Source of the DNA: the human T2T-CHM13v2.0 reference genome, Homo sapiens | Length of the DNA: 64,000 bases | Reading direction: 5' to 3' (one strand) | Assembly: GCF_009914755.1 (NCBI RefSeq) | Contig: NC_060936.1 | Part shown: piece by piece, positions 15,906 to 30,407 of the stretch | Layout of the letters: each line of letters starts with the position of its first letter | Position numbering within the stretch: the stretch's first letter is position 1 | The notes under the pieces: model-generated | Seen by the model: the letters and a program-made list of their open reading frames with translations, nothing else | What the model was told of the DNA's origin: nothing | The model's database searches: none | Made by a program: the position numbers and the translations under genes

Positions 15906-16917
15906 TGGGAAGGCCCTGGGAGATCCATAGGGCAGAAGTGGCAGAGCTCTGGAATTAACTCCTTTCCCCTACCCTTCCCCTTAACTGGAATAGCTCCTCT
16001 TTGTTTTTTTTGTTTTTGTTTTTGTTTTTTTAATTTTATTTGACAAAACCCTTTTTATTGCTTAAAAAAAGATTAAAAACCACCCATGTAGGAGTTTGGC
16101 CTGAATGTTCTTTGGACCCTAGGATTTAATGGATTTTAAAACATTTGCTCCTTAAGTTTTCTTGTGATTGGCTTCTCTCATAAAAGTAGATTACAGCTGA
16201 AATTTAATTAATTGAGGGTTTCAATATATTGTGCTTTTCCCTAATGGTATACCCAAGCTGTGCTTATCAATTGACATGTCTGATGATTGTATGTGGTTTA
16301 TGAAATGAGGTTCACTGGTTGATAATATATGTTATAAAGCACAGCAGTGAGACATATAAAATATATAATAGACAGTGGGAGTATTTTGTTAACAGTAGCT
16401 TATAATTTCATATTATTTTGTCATTTAAGACCTCAATCACTGTTCATACCGCCTTTCATTTAAGCCAAGCATTTAGTATACTTGTAGAATTTGGACTGAA
16501 CAATATTATTAGAATTCATTATTGAAAAATACTTTTTGTGAGTCTTTTCTCTGTAGGACTTGAGCATAAAATTCCTGAAAATAGAACCCATTCATACGTT
16601 AATGTATATTTAAAAACACATAAGCTCATTGTCAGATGCAGACAATTTTGACTACTCAAATGAAGGGTAAAAGACACATGGATTATACCAAAAAATGGAT
16701 AATTCTCAAATCATTTATAAAGTAACACAGTGATCGATAAGAAAGGAAAGTACTCTTGGTTAATTAAAATTTTTGCTTGACAAGAGGTTTAAAGAAACAG
16801 GTGTTTTTATTTTGAAAGTTTCAAAAATGCTTCTTGATTTAACAAGTAGAGTTTCATGACCAATATTGAATCTTTGAAGATTGAAAATCTTGCATCACTT
16901 TGGGTGTCATTAGTCTG

Positions 16918-17036
16918 TAGAGACAGGATCTTGCTATGTTGCCCAGGCTGGTCTTGAACTTCTGTACACAGGCAATCCTCCCACCTTGGCCTCTTAAAGA
17001 GCTGGGATTACAGGTGTGAGCCACCATGGCTGGCCT
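16918..17036 (-). mobile_element. FLAM / Alu left monomer
   Basis: agagacaggatcttgctatgttgcccaggctggtcttgaac...gagccaccatggctggcc. Confidence 0.88.
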
Positions 17037-17599
17037 GGGTGTCAGTAATCTGAACATGAATAGTCAATGTAAAAACAGAGAATGTGGAGGAAATTGGGTT
17101 GACGTTACACAGTTTGAGAATGTACTCTCTAATGTATTATTTTAAAAAACTAAATTTCTCCTGTGAGTGTACTTACTGCTTTTGTGCTTAAAGCAATTGC
17201 TGGGGTAGACTGTGGGACTGGTAAGTGAAGGATCATCCAGTTGGGTTTTAGTTAAATGAAATTTTATATCATCTGCCTGTTATACAGATGCAAACATCCC
17301 TCCTTAGCTTTCCTCACTCCTAATCCTGAGCAGTGGTCAAGTTGCCCCTTATGTTGAGAGTTCGAGCTAGGCAGTGGTGGGGAGAGAAGTTAAGGGAGCA
17401 ATTACTTGGAAATAAGCAATTTATGTTTTTAAATACACATGGTCTGCTTCCTAGTTGCAGCCCTCACAGGGTTAGGCAGTCTGACTGAGCTCCTCTAGCT
17501 GCAGCATAAGTGGTGATTTGGGAATCTTATTGGGAAGAGACTGCTTGTCTAGTGAATTTTCAGAGTAAGCATGTTGCCAGATCTCACGTTCCAGCTTCC

Positions 17600-18060
17600 C
17601 CAAGAGAAACTCGAAAGAAATGATGTAGCGAAGGATTCTAAAATAAACATTCAAATTAATGCTCATAGACTTGAGTTGTAATTCAGACTCGCTTCCATCA
17701 TTATTATGTCTCCCAAGCATTTGGTTTTGAAGAACACCTGGCAAAGAGTTATCCTGAAGTCGTGTTGCCTTATTGAACCCAGCGTAGACTGAATCTGTAC
17801 CCTTTCTGTCTGCTGGTTCTGTATCATCGTGACTATTGTCCAGCTTCTTGATCTTGTGTATTACTTGCACGTTTCTTTAGTGAATTCATTGGTTCTGACA
17901 GGATCCATATTTTTGATCTCTACATGTCCACATGGCATTAAATCTAACTGTGGGAAATGTTATCATCACACTACAGTTATTATATTGACAAGCACATTTC
18001 CCTGAGTAGTCAGTCATGGAAATGGAGAGATTACTCATTTTCTGAAATACATGATGGTTA
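17600..18060 (-). mobile_element. L3/CR1 LINE reverse-transcriptase remnant
   Basis: Minus-strand translation DRKGTDSVYAGFNKA resembles the CR1 RT motif DxGxxVDVVYLDFSKA; upstream cagaaccaatgaattcactaaag resembles the SQHGF..K region. Confidence 0.55.
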
Positions 18061-21000
18061 TGAAGAGGGCAGTATAGGCTAATGGAAAGAGCTCTAGATG
18101 GATGAACATGATTCTTTTTATGACAGAAAACCATTAATTAAATGCCTTTTTCCATGTATTACTGTGCTAATCTCCACACAGAGGGTCGTACTCAGAATTT
18201 ATTTTTTCCTTTGTAAATTTGCAAACTACCATATAGTAATACAACACAAATATTTATAGATATCAAGAAAAATGTCATTACATTAACACATCGTACAAAA
18301 ATATAATTGCATAAAGCTGAGGATTTATTTTGGGACTGGTGAGAAATGATGGGGTAGGAGTTGGGGGAGACAAGGTTGGAAAACATTTCAGAAGAGAACC
18401 CAGAAAAGTAGCCATCAGGACTCTGTCCCTACTAGGCTGGGGAAGCAGCCAGGCCTTTTCTGGAGAATGCAGAAGGCTTAGCTTTTTGAAATGAATGAAA
18501 ATGGAGTAAGGGGTGTGTACAGAAACATGTACTTAGTACCTGTTTTATGACTTCGCTTTTGTTCTGTGTGCATTAGGTATTTATGTTGCTCTTCACTAGA
18601 AGACCCGATCTAAATTTATTGGAACAAATGAGGAAATGTATTCCAGTGATTCAGTGATTCAGGTCTTCATAGGTTGATGGGAGGTGAAGGGACCTGGAGT
18701 TAGAAGGAGGAACTCAAGCTCCCATTGAGAAGAGGTTGCTGTCTTTGGTTTGGAGCAGGCAGAAGGAGCAGAAGAGGAGAAAATGTGTTTTAAAATCGTC
18801 AATCAGCAAAGTGTCAATGCAGGAAGGGGTACCCTTCTAAGCAATGGCCAGCCACTTATTGTTAGATAATTAATGGAAGGTCTCCCCCTCCCCCACATGG
18901 CCTATGAGAAGGCATGGAGGAAGTCTGCATAGTTTTTCAGGAATAACCTCAGTGAACACAGAAGTGCCCCTACATTGAAGGGAGTCTGGAACCCGAGGAC
19001 TTTGTTCTTCAGAAAAGAGAGAACCAAGATTGGATTAAGTTCCACAGTCATTAAAATCAATTTATATTTATATGCTAAGCATATGAGCTATACCTTTGTT
19101 ATTTTGTTTCTTTAAACTTTAAGTGTTATGCTCTCATAATTGTACATAATTAGTTTTCTATCAATATAGATTTATCATTAGATAATGAATTATACCTAAA
19201 TTAGTAATTACAGAAATGTCTTCTAGCTGATCCTGGTGCTCTGCAAATAGCTGTTTGGTCCTAGTTCTTACTAGTGGGGATGCAAGCTGGAGACTTGACC
19301 CAGGGTTTCCTAGAGGCACATGTCCCAGAGGGGAGAAGAGGAGAAGGAGACCTTCAGGCAGACAGTGCTGCTTGAGGCTCTTCTTTCTTAGAATGGTTGG
19401 AGAGAATGGAATGGTGGATACAGAGCCTCTTAGCTCAAATAAGAGAGTTAGACATAAATTTTGACACCTACCAGGGAAGGGGGAAAGCATTTCCTCCTTA
19501 GCTTTTAAAAAGTCTAGAATTTTTTTTTTAAAGTTCTTGTTTCCTGATCACCTTTCAAGCAAGTGTCATATGACGTTACGTCTGAAAAAATAGTTGTGTC
19601 CCTAGGAAAATGGAGTTTAAAAATATTGAAGAAAGATGACTCTTTTGGCCCATCTTTCTCAGGCATAGGAGACTTAAGATATGTCTCTGAATGAAATCTC
19701 ATGCCATCTTTATGGCCATCCTGTCCTTTCCTATCCTTTGTGGCTGTCTTCACCATCCTCTGGGTCGTAGATGTCAGGGGTTTAATCTTACAGTCACTGC
19801 AAAGAAGAAATGTAGTTGGAAATCCTGCCAGGGTAGAATCTGCACAAGGCCAGTGCCTATTAGATGAATAAGGAGCTGAGGCTGCCACTGCCCACTTCCC
19901 ATCTCCCCTGTGCCAGCCACACCCCCAGAGAGTCATTGGCCATTATTTCCCCAGACTAAATTCACAGTAAACTCTGGTGGGGGTTTGAGAAGGTTTCAAG
20001 TGTGTATTCCAGAGCAATATAGTGCCAGAAATTTGGGAATTGTTTTTCTTTAGCCAACATATTTCTTTGTCCAAGGAACAGGACAGAAACTCACATCTCC
20101 CTTGTGCCCTGGCTTTAGCAATTTTCTCCGTAATTGGTCCCATGTTTCCCAGCAAGCTTATCTTTCAGCCCACCCTTTCTTGGTATCTTTGTGCACCCTC
20201 CACTCCCACCCTATAAAATGCTTCCTTTCTCCAAATGATAACTGTCCTGCCCTTAGTTCCTCTTTCTGTCTTGTAAACTCTGTCTCCTTAGGCTTTGACT
20301 GAGTATAAATGGATTCATTTGATTATGCTTTTATTTTTGTTATAATTTTTGGGTTTTCTTGTTCCACAGAGGGACAGGGAGAAACTCTGGGCTTGTAGTT
20401 GAGCTGAATAAGAAGTAGTGCCTTAAGTCCAGTTAACTCCTTACCAGTGATATGGCAGGTCTTCATTCATCTACAGTTAAATACGTGATATGGTGAGAAT
20501 TTATCTTCTTATGGACATTGCATAGTCTGGTCTATATAAGGGATGCATAGTTCCCCTGTGACTTTGAGCCTTCTCTCTAAATAATAAATCTGACTTTATT
20601 AAATTAAAGCACATTTTCACCTCCTGACCTGGCTTTCATTAGAAAGGCTTCCCATAGGTTTTACAGAAAATGTCCCAGCTAGAGCCATTTAGACAATAGT
20701 GCCCCATACTCCAGTGGTTTTTCTCTTACACCTTAGCTTCTCCTCTATTATCAGGGATGGGGATTTTTATTCCATCTCTCTATAAAGAAAAAGTCTGCAA
20801 GCCCTCAGTCTTGGGAGTGATCAGATCTTTCTGGCATACTGATATGTATCCCGATTGAGTGTTTAGGGTACATTTTTAGAACAGTTCTTCTTTTGTTGAC
20901 AAAGAGAAATTGAGACTGAAGCAATGACATAAACTATCAGGACCAAAGGAGGAACATTGTATGAATTTTTTTGACTTGTCATTTCTTTGTGGCTGGATAT

Positions 21001-21292
21001 ATTTGATCTGGGAGGAAATATGCATGGTTGGATACTATATTAGGGTTATAAATTATGTAATTAATTTTACAGAGTGAGATTGATACTATGAATGTACATT
21101 CATCCAAAATATTAGGAAGTAAAAGACTAAAAAAAATGTGAACGTATTTTTAACTAGATCTTTAAACTAAAGGCCAGCTTTACAGCTTCCTTCCAGCTCT
21201 GTATCTCTCTCATGCATGTTTCTTTTCAAAGCTGGCATCTTGTTCAGATCAGCTCCACAGGATACAAGGAGCAAGAGCATGTACATGTGCAG

Positions 21293-21295
<3 letters not shown>

Positions 21296-21330
<35 letters not shown>
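21296..21330. repeat. (CA)n microsatellite, ~17 units
   Basis: Direct read. Confidence 0.97.
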
Positions 21331-21332
<2 letters not shown>

Positions 21333-23761
21333 CACCATCACTGTAAAATAGTATAATAGTGAAATGTTTTTCTCTGTATCTGAACTGCTTTCTTCTCCTT
21401 GAATTTTTATTTTACACATTTCATCTTGCTTATATAATCCAAAGGGAAATAGTCTATAGCTTATTTCCTATGAACAAATGCTGAAATGATTAAAATCTGA
21501 CTGACTTCACTAACATATGCAAAGTTATTTCTGATGACAACTGCAATAGAGGCCCTATTGATGGGACTAAATTGACTTTAATTTTTATGTGATGAATGAA
21601 TACTATACTGGGCTATGTAGTCGATTTGGTTAAATTTTATTGCTTTAGTTAAATTTTCAAAAAGGAAAACTTAAGCATGCAGGTCAGTCAAGAGGCTTTG
21701 AATTGGTGTATACATTAGAGGGTAGGAATTTACTTCCCCCTGCTTCTATAAGGGGAAAGATAATCAATTACTCCTTGTGTATATTTATGAAATCAGAATG
21801 CTGGTTACCAGCCAAGGTTTTTCTTTTTCAAAAACTGCAGAGAAGGTTTGCGATGAAAGCCAAAACCTTTTGAAAAGAGGCATTGCATATGTCTCCTTCT
21901 ATGAATAAGAATAAAAGAAGATTTCCCCCTAAGCCTGCATGACTAAAGATAACATATCTCATTCCAATAATAGTCTCTCCCTTTTTTTGGTACTATAAAA
22001 ACAACAACAACAAATAATTTGGAGGAGCTTAACTTCAAATACAATTAACACCTTGAGCAAGTTGATTTTGGGAACAATGCTGAGCTCAAGGGTGGCTTCC
22101 TAGAGGAAATCTTGACCAGTTTCAGACCTGAGTGGTGAATGGGAGTCAACTAGTCCAAGGCAGGTGAAGCACAGTGCCTGGAGAGAAGCCAGTCAAGGCA
22201 GAAGGTAAGGGCTTAGCAGTGAGTACAGCTCCTCTTGCACAATGTCTTCCACGTATTAAGAATTCAGTAGACATTGAAATGACTGGGTCCTTTCAAAAAG
22301 TAAAACCAAGGCTGGTAGCTGTTGGGGATGGCGTTTGTTTCTTTGATATAAAGAGGTGATTGCTGAAAGGATGAAAGGAGGGTAGACAGGGAATAAAAGA
22401 AACTTACGATTTACTTCACTTACTTCACAGAATCTGGCAGAAACATAACCGAAGCTAATTCATAGCTTTGCATAAAGCTTACTCTAGAAGGAGTGATGAA
22501 TAAGTGAATACGGTATTCATTTTTAAACATTATTTTGTGGCCCATTATCCACTAAACATAATTCCTATAAAAAAAGAGAGTAAAATTTATCTTTGGGATC
22601 TAGATTTGGATATACTAGGGCTATCTTTATGAAACTGTTGCCAAAAAGGAAGACAGGGAAGAAGATAGAAAATGCTAAAGCTAGAAGAGGAAAGAGTATA
22701 AGATATTTTAGGAAAGTAAAAAATGAGAAAGAAAAAAATTTAATGCCATACTGACAAACACAAACACCATACAAAAATTCTGCTTATTTAAAGAGTATAT
22801 ACTCTCAGAAGTGAAGAAGCACTAACTCTCAGATGACAAAGCTGTCTTGAATACACAATGCTAGCTATTTGGTATAATTGTTTTTAGTTAGCAGTTAAAT
22901 GAATATTATAAAATGGATATTTAAAAAAATAATGCTATCTATTTTCTGAAGTTTCTGTATCTAAAAAAAGAAAAATATAGAAATAATGGATTTGGGAATA
23001 CCTGTAAGGGAAGAGCAATTAAGAGAGTTTTTGTTACTACAGGACAAGGACAGTAACAAAGAACAGTCTCACACATTTGATGAAATATCTAGCCATGTGT
23101 TCCGCACTCAGGAACCATAAGCCATTAAACAATTCTATTATGCTCCCAAGAGCCACTTGCATTCTAGCCAATAAAATACCTTAAGCCAAAGCAAATTAGA
23201 ACATCAAAGTAGCTTTTCTCACCAAATGACACAAAGACATTACTGTTTCTGAAATGAGAACAGAAAGGCTATGACATGACTTCTACTGAGTCACAAGGAA
23301 GAATTCTTGGAATCCCCACTTCCTTTGCCTTCTTTCTGCCAGGCATAGCAGGAATGACTGAATAATTGTTTGTAAGACTTAAAAATACAGTTGTATTTTT
23401 CTTACCTACTTAGGGAAGAAATCACCTTTATATGCATTATCCACCAGTGAGATAATTTTCACTTAAATTTGCATCCAGTACTTCACCAGCCACCTTTTCA
23501 ATATTCTTCACAAAATGCACACACATATTGGTTATTTTTAATAATGAAAATATTTCTATACTCGTGAATTTTCAGTATCACCAATTTGCACAGTTGAATC
23601 ATTTTTTCAATGAGTACAGGGTAAGAATGGAGAAGGAAATTTGTTGGATTTATTCCAGTTTGGGAATTTGGTAGATATTTGCTTTAGAACAGGTTGTTGG
23701 GGATATTGGCAAGAAAGTGGATGAGTGGGAGACCATGGAGTCTAAGTTGAATATGGAAGGT

Positions 23762-24366
23762 TGTACACACATTTATTACCTTACAATTTCTGTGGATCAG
23801 GAGTTGGACATGGCTTAGCTAAGCCTACTCCTTAGTGTCTCACGAAGTTGTAACAAATGTGTCAGTTGGACTGCCTTTTCATCTGGAGGCATAACTGGGG
23901 AAGTGATCACTTCCAAACTCACTCAGATTGTTGGCAGAATTCATTTCCTTGCAGTTTTAGGACTGAGGGCCCCAGCTTCTTGAAGGATGTCAGCTGGAGT
24001 CCATCTTTACTTCCTAAAGTTGGTGTATAGTTCCTAGAGGCTACTTATAGTTCCTAGAAGCTACCCGTCATCCCTAGTGGCAACTCATGGTTCCTGGATA
24101 TCTTTCCCACCATGGGCTTTCCCAACGTGGTGAATTAGTTCATCAAGCCAGCAAGGAGTTTCTAGAGTGTGAGTCTGCTGGCAAGATGGAGTCTTATATA
24201 ACTTAAAGTAACTAAGGAAGTAGCATCTCATAATCTTTACCATCTGTTGTTGGTTAGTAGAAAGGCACATAGTTCCTGCCCACACTCAAGGGGAGGTGAC
24301 TACACAGAGGTATGAATACCAGGAGGTAGGGATCTTGGGTGGCCTTCTTAGAGACTGTTTGCCACA
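23762..24366 (-). mobile_element. MaLR LTR, MLT1E-like
   Basis: ttgttggcagaattcatttccttgcag, cctgcccacactcaagggga, end gactgtttgccaca. Confidence 0.8.
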
Positions 24367-25060
24367 GTATGTAAATGCTAACGGATCAACTGATTTTTTT
24401 TTTTTGCCCTTGTTCAGAGGCAAAAACAATTGATCCTATGGGCTGGAGTATTGTGTTGATTGTTAATACATGGGGATTGGTAAGATTTGATATAGGAGGA
24501 GAATAGGGAGCTCTGGAGAGGAAGTGGGGACAGGAATGCTAGTGTTTTAGAAATCTGTTAGACATTGATGCTGCTGGAGTGGAGTTATTCTAACTAATTT
24601 CCTTTAAAAAAGAAGCATAAATTCATAAGTCCTTGACCCTATCTCTGACTTGCTATTTTAGCCAGGCTCCATTGTAAAACAAACAAAACCAGTGTGTGTG
24701 TGTCTGTGTGCACGCATGGGTGTGTGTGCAGTTTTCTCCTCTTTTACTGAGAGGATTAGTTAGAAAATTTGATGTGAAATAGAACATAAAATGTTTATTT
24801 TTATAATCTTGATTTTAACTGCATAATAAAATACATGAATAGTAATACGGCAGGCTTTTAGAATCTAACTCTATAAACTGTGAATTTTATGGTGGAAAAG
24901 AGTAATGCATATATGAAAAAACACAGAAGAAAGTTTCAAATGCAGGTCCTCTGTTCATCACATTCTTTTGTCCCTAAGGACTGACATACTCTCAGATCTA
25001 TTTACAAGCTATAATATTTGCCCAAAACAGTGGTTGTCTCTAAGAAAAGTAGGCCACTTA

Positions 25061-25352
25061 GGCCGGGCACGGTGCCTCACGCCTGTAATCCCAGCACTTT
25101 GGGAGGCGGAGGTGGGTGGATCACGAGGTCAGGAGATCAAGACCATCCTGGCTAACACGGCGAAACCCCATCTCTACTAAAAATACAAAAAATTAGCCGG
25201 GCGTGGTGGTGGACGCCTGTAGTCCCAGCTACTCAGGAGGCTGAGGCAGTAAAATGGTGTGAACCCAGGAGGCGGAGCTTGCCGTGAGCCGAGATCGCAC
25301 CACTGCACTCCAGCCTGGGCAACAGAGTGAGACTCTGTCTCAAAAAAAAAAA
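25061..25352 (+). mobile_element. Full-length AluY
   Basis: AluY diagnostics gagatcaagaccatcctggctaacacgg and ggagcttgc; perfect 19-bp TSD aagaaaagtaggccactta at 25042-25060 and 25353-25371. Confidence 0.96.
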
Positions 25353-25604
25353 AAGAAAAGTAGGCCACTTAATTGTTAGCCGTCCCTTCTTTTTCATACT
25401 GTATTAACTCTCAACCTGGCATGGGTCTGCATGGCAGAATCTGAAAAACTGCTTTAATTCATATTAATATTTTTATTTAATATTTAAGGGAATTTGGTAA
25501 TATTTCTCAAATTTAATTCCTCTGCTGGTTCCCTCTCTATTTCCAGAACATGATTTCCCCCACCTTGGGTGTAATTCTTGCTCCTTCTGGAATGAAAGAA
25601 GACA

Positions 25605-25836
25605 CTGAATTATGGTTACAAGTGATGACTCTGGTCAGATCTACTGACTGGATGACTGACTCATGGGTTTGAGTCTTGACATCACTTACTATTAGCTAGA
25701 TGACACTGAGCAAGCTACTTAGACTCTCTGGGTCTCAGGTTCCTCACCTGTAAAAAAGGTTGTTGTGAATATACAATGTGATTTAAACATTGATAAATTT
25801 GGGTATATAATAAATGCTCAATGATAGCTATTATAA
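25605..25836 (+). mobile_element. MIR
   Basis: gagcaagctacttagactctctgggtctcaggttcctcacctgtaaaa core; end aaatgctcaatgatagctattat. Confidence 0.75.
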
Positions 25837-25899
25837 TCCTATCTTTGGGGTTAATTATTTTCTACCCTTTACTTGCCATCAGCTAATTTTCTGATCTTT

Positions 25900-26900
25900 C
25901 CCCTATATGAAGTAAAAACATTGGCACTTGGCTTATGTCTCTTGTTCATGTCTTGGAAGTATCTTTTATTATTTGTGTCCTATTTATAGCCAATTTAGTG
26001 GCATAGTCTCAGAAATTTTTACCCTTTCCAACTCTAGCAACCTCAAACATCGCCAAAGTTCAGGCACTGACACTGCGGCCATCTAGTAAACCTTGTTGGC
26101 ACAAGAAATTTCTATCCTTCTAAAGTTCTTAAGTGTCAATATTCCATTTGCAGATTACAACCTCAACTTCTTCCAGCTTTCTTATATCCTCACTCCTAGT
26201 AAAACCACGATTTGACCTTAATCTTTGAATTCTTCTTTATCTTCACTTATTGATTTTTTTTCCAGTACTTAATCTGGATTCCATGCATCAGCCCAATAAC
26301 TCTGTTACTAACATTCATCCTGTTACCTGCATTTTGAGTGTGGGGATTTGAGCTCAATGCCACAATTTACCTTCTCTGCTCCTTTAGCAGTGCTGCTCCA
26401 TGCTGCTGAAGAAAATCTTACTGCCATGTGAACAGATATCTGGACACACACTTGTCTCCAGCCTCAGTAGGACCTTCATGCTTCATCATTTCCCTCTTCC
26501 ATGTTTCTCCTCAGGCAATACAAATCATTTCTAAATGTTTCAAGTCATATATCTGCCCATATCTCCTAATTCTCTGCGGAGTATGCCTTTTGCTACTTTC
26601 ACAAGAAAAGCAAGGTAATTAGTTGTGAAATAACTTGAACTCTCCACTCACCACTTACAGAATTACCCCATTTGTATCTATTTTTTCTTCTTTCTTTCAG
26701 TGTCATAGAGGATAGATGATGTGAGCCTCTCTCCATGTGTAGTCAGTACTCCCATCCCCTCCCACCCCAAGTGTAAGCTTGTGCATGCAGTGAGCCCCTG
26801 CATGCATGCACCGACTTGCTTTTAATTCTATCCCTTCCTTCTCCCCCAGAATGTTGCTGTATTATTTCCCTATTTCAAACTCTATATTTCTACTTTTTCC
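25900..26900 (+). mobile_element. Degraded L2 body fragments
   Basis: CT-rich composition with L2-like segments; weak recognition only. Confidence 0.35.
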
Positions 26901-27752
26901 CATCTCATAATCCATCCCAAAAAATAGAATCTTCTAGGCATTTAAAAGCAGTGCAATGTAGTTAGAGTGACAGGCTGCATTGGAAGGCAAAAGGTCCAAG
27001 TCGGAAAAGCAATGCGAAGCTCAAGGGCAGAGGGTGAGGTGAATGGAATATAGGAGAACATGAGTTCTGAGGACAAAAGCCTGCAAGATAGGACAGATAT
27101 GGGCCATAGCTGGGCTGACAGACCACCTCAAAAACTCATGCATGTGCAGACCATAAGAAGCTTATAGTTGCTATTGGCAACATGAAAAGTCACATCTTTC
27201 CTCCATCAGTGTTACAAGAATAGTGAAAAAAGCCACGGTATAACCAGGCTTTAGAGCTGTTTCTCCTGAGCACCCTTTGGCTCACGTAAGCCCAACCTCT
27301 AAGTTCAACCACGTGAGGGAAAACTGCTCAAATAGGTTTTATGCACAAAGTCATCCAAAGAATGATATCTAGGTGGCAATTAGTTGCAGAATATAAAATC
27401 TTAGCTCAACATTAGATAGCTACATAAGCTCTGTATTCTATATAGACACATGTAATAGTACAGTAGTGTATGGAGTCTAAATTGTGAACGGAGTGGGGGA
27501 GGCAAAATTATGGAGCGACTTGCTTATACACTTCAATATTCTGAACCTAATAATTTAACAAGTGTTTTCAAGAGCTTCAGGAATCATTTGTTATTTTCAT
27601 ACAAGCTTTCTTTAATCCCTAAGATCCTTATCCCCATGATAATTTGAAAGTGGAGTGCAAAGGAATAACAAGTAGATTGAGATTAAAGCTGTAAAAATGC
27701 CAGCTTATAAGAGGCCCTTTTTCTGTGATTGTAGGTGTGCTGTGAAGTGAAG

Positions 27753-27939
27753 CAGTGGTTCCTTAAGTGTGGTCCCTGGATGAGAAGTATCAGCATCACC
27801 TGGGAAAATTTTGGAACTGCAATTTGTTGTGTCTGACACCAGACCTATCAAATCAGGTTCTCTGGGAGTGCAGCCCTGCAAATCTGTATTTCAGCAAGTC
27901 CTCCAGGAGACTGATGCATCTCAAGTTTGAGAACCACTG
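27753..27939. mobile_element. MER5A (hAT-Charlie MITE)
   Basis: TIRs cagtggttc...gaaccactg; cagcatcacctggga. Confidence 0.85.
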
Positions 27940-28344
27940 GCTTTAGAAGATTGGAGCAGCACTGTACATGGATAAATTTGCAGCTACTTAAATGATTTAT
28001 CAAAGGAATGCTAGAAAACGGTATTTGGTTTTATGAATAGGTACTTGGAAGAGAAATTTATCTAATCCTGATAAAATTTATAATATATTAATGGGGCTGA
28101 AATATATTCCAAATGATAGAATTGTGATATCTTAAAAGAAAATGGATCTTTATAGCCTGAAATTATAGATTAAATTTAACAAGCTGAGATTTGTTAAGGA
28201 ATAGAGGCAAATTCCCATATTTAGCTACAAACCCCCAAATGAATATGTATCAGATGGGAGAAAAATGTCCTGAAACCTTTAGTTGACTACACATTCAATA
28301 TGAATCAATGATATGATGTGGCTACAACAAATTATCATAGTATA

Positions 28345-28555
28345 TTGTTCACTCATTTATTTGTTCATTTATTCATTAATTATTTATTGAGTGCCTACCA
28401 TAAACCAGGTGCTGTACTGGTCACTAAGAACGCAAGGATGAGTAAAGCAGGCATGGTCTTCTCATTTAAAGGAACTTACATTCCCATGATTAGTAAAATA
28501 AAAACCAGCAAACAAATCTATAAAATACTTTTTAGTTACTCTTAAGTGTTAATAA
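28345..28555 (-). mobile_element. L2 3' end
   Basis: ttcattcattaattatttattgagtgcctaccataaaccaggtgctgt. Confidence 0.7.
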
Positions 28556-28686
28556 GAACAGCAAGAGTGATGAAGACCATACTGTTCTTTGTTGTATCTA
28601 TCACCCAACCCCATGCCTATAGAATTGTGCTCAGCTGAGGTGAGTCACACTTCTGGAGAATTAGACAGATGAGAGAAAGTTTAGCG

Positions 28687-28865
28687 CAATGGGTTTCAAA
28701 CTTGAGCATGCATGAGGAACACCTGGAGGGCTTTTTAAAAGCCGGATTGCTGAATCCTAAGCCCCAGAGTTTCTCATTCAATTGGTTTGACTTGGGACCC
28801 CAAAACTTACATTTCTAACAAGTTCCCAAGGGTAATGTTGCTGTTGCTGGTTTGGGAGCCACTGG
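28687..28865. mobile_element. MER5A, opposite orientation to the 27753 copy
   Basis: tcaaacttgagcatgcat...cacctggagggc...catttctaacaagttccca. Confidence 0.8.
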
Positions 28866-29419
28866 TTTAGACCAGGATAAGGCTAGGGAGGACCAGGACC
28901 TGGGCATGCTTTTCTCATAGAAGAGGAAACTTCAATAAGACATGATAGTTGTTTTGAAGTATTTGTAGGAATGATATGTATAAAAATAGATTAAGTTTAT
29001 TCTATGTAGTCTGAGAAGTAGGATGTAGGTTATTTGGAAGAAGCAGGGAGACACAGTGTAGAAACATAAATAACTTTTCATCTTAGAGCCGATTTAAAAT
29101 GAGATAGATACCTCAGAAGGGATGAATTCTACCAGAGGCAATGAAGTGTAGCACTTATGATGACTCACTGGGGATGCTATGTGAACAGAAGAGGCGGAGA
29201 AAGCCCATCTACAGAGTCTAGGGCAGTAGAGGGGAGTGGAGGCAGAGAGGAAAACCTGCCCAAATTGCCAGTAACTTTTCGCTTTTTGGTTCTAGCCTTT
29301 CTTGAAGCTCAGGCATTTTTGCCTTTGAGTCCTGTGGGGTCATTTCTATAATCCTAAAAAAAATTCTTTATTTCTGTTTAAGCTAATTTCTTGCTCTCAT
29401 TTTCTAACAAGGAATCTAG

Positions 29420-30407
<988 letters not shown>

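Larger units (their letters stand above)
27945..29180 (+). mobile_element. L3/CR1 (MIR3-like 3' end) fragments, interrupted by L2 and MER5A
   Basis: gacatgatagttgttttgaagtattt...gattaagtttattctatgtagtc and tttagttgactacacattcaatatgaatcaatgatatgatgtggct. Confidence 0.5.

Noticed and set aside
26070-26090. CTCF-like motif (ctgcggccatctagtaa)
   Set aside because: Only a partial match, missing the conserved CC positions
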